Notes under the pieces: model-generated
Databases searched by the model: none
The model's input: the letters and a program-made list of their open reading frames with translations, nothing else
What the model was told of the DNA's origin: nothing
Translations under genes and position numbers: made by a program
Shown here: one piece after another, positions 31,370 to 32,000 of the stretch
Numbering within the stretch: the first letter of the stretch is position 1
How the letters are laid out: each line of letters begins with the position of its first letter
NCBI RefSeq assembly: GCF_000008625.1
Contig: NC_000918.1
Location: forward strand, 840,001 to 872,000
Direction: 5' to 3'
From: Aquifex aeolicus VF5
Lineage (GTDB): Bacteria; Aquificota; Aquificia; Aquificales; Aquificaceae
DNA: 32,000 nt

Positions 31370-31497
31370 TTTTAACCCTCCTGTACTTCCATTTAGAATA
31401 AGTCTTAAACTTTTCCATTTACAGTCACACTTTCTTAAGGGATTATAAGCGAAACTTATGGGTCTTATAAGCAAAAAGACGGGCTACCATATTCCTT

Positions 31498-32000
31498 ATG
31501 TTTTACATACTCATAATTCTTCTGGCTACTTTCTCGATGATACCGAACATAAATGAGTTTGCTTTCAGGTTTGAAGAAACCACCCGTGCGGTTGTAGCCT
31601 TTGAAATGTACCATTCAGGGAATTACTTTCAGCCCACAATTCTCGGAGATCCATACTACAACAAACCTCCTCTCTTTAACTGGTTTATTATTATTTCCTC
31701 CAAATTTTTCGGGTGGGACATTGTAACTGCAAGGGCAGTGAGTGTTTTCTTCACCCTTGCAAATGCCTTTCTTATTTACTTTTTTTCTTCGAAAGTCCTG
31801 AAAAATAAGGAAAAGGCTCTACTTTCTTCAGTGTTTTTTATTACCTTTGCTGACGTTTTATTCTGGTACGGGTGGCTTGCGGAAATAGACGTGACTTTGA
31901 GTTTCTTCGTCACTTTGTTGTTTATCCAGATTTACAAACTCTGGGAAGAAGGGAAACCCATTTATTACTACACTTCCGCGCTTTTGACAGGTTTGATTTT
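31498..32000 (+). CDS. N-terminus of a second ArnT/PMT-like membrane glycosyltransferase; truncated by window end
   Basis: MFYILIILLATFSMIPNINEFAFRFEETTRAVVAFEMYHSGNYFQPTILGDPYYNKPPLFNWFIIISSKFFG is the same architecture as 17305-18804, with a PPLFNW motif. The frame is open to the window end. Confidence 0.75.
   Translation, partial: MFYILIILLATFSMIPNINEFAFRFEETTRAVVAFEMYHSGNYFQPTILGDPYYNKPPLFNWFIIISSKFFGWDIVTARAVSVFFTLANAFLIYFFSSKVLKNKEKALLSSVFFITFADVLFWYGWLAEIDVTLSFFVTLLFIQIYKLWEEGKPIYYYTSALLTGLI

Noticed and set aside
31370-31474. N-terminal extension of the molybdopterin oxidoreductase ORF
   Set aside because: The extension has no Tat or signal features, and the ATG at 31369 has a strong Shine-Dalgarno sequence, so the shorter start is preferred.

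Overview
This is a dense bacterial chromosomal window. Its protein content looks like a hyperthermophilic Aquificales genome, Aquifex aeolicus or a very close relative; that is inferred from family combinations, not from a search. From left to right it contains: a 2-oxoacid:ferredoxin oxidoreductase cluster (delta C-terminus, an Aquificales-type fifth subunit, an inserted Uma2-family gene, then alpha, beta and gamma); tRNA-Leu(CAA); a FlgJ-type rod-binding protein; lysS; thiC; accA; a Fur/PerR regulator; lysA; a FetB-like permease; a flagellar export/number-control operon (PilZ-flhA-flhF-flhG-fliA); a TPR protein; an ArnT/PMT-like glycosyltransferase; a stand-alone NIL-domain protein; gltX plus an orphan ABC ATPase; a CT398-type coiled-coil/zinc-ribbon protein directly behind a CAU-anticodon tRNA; mnmA; an archaeal-type S-adenosylmethionine synthetase; an MFS transporter; a PHP-domain protein; a three-gene molybdopterin oxidoreductase operon (polysulfide/sulfur-reductase-like); and the start of a second membrane glycosyltransferase. 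I found no CRISPR array, transposon, prophage or obvious defence island. I do not see a convincing large new system. The items most worth a second look are the Uma2 gene embedded in the oxidoreductase operon, the extra oxidoreductase subunit, two tRNAs abutting protein genes by 3 nt and 7 nt, a 19-bp divergent start pair with a probable leaderless lysS, the bacterial copy of archaeal-type MetK, and a molybdoenzyme catalytic subunit without a Tat leader.
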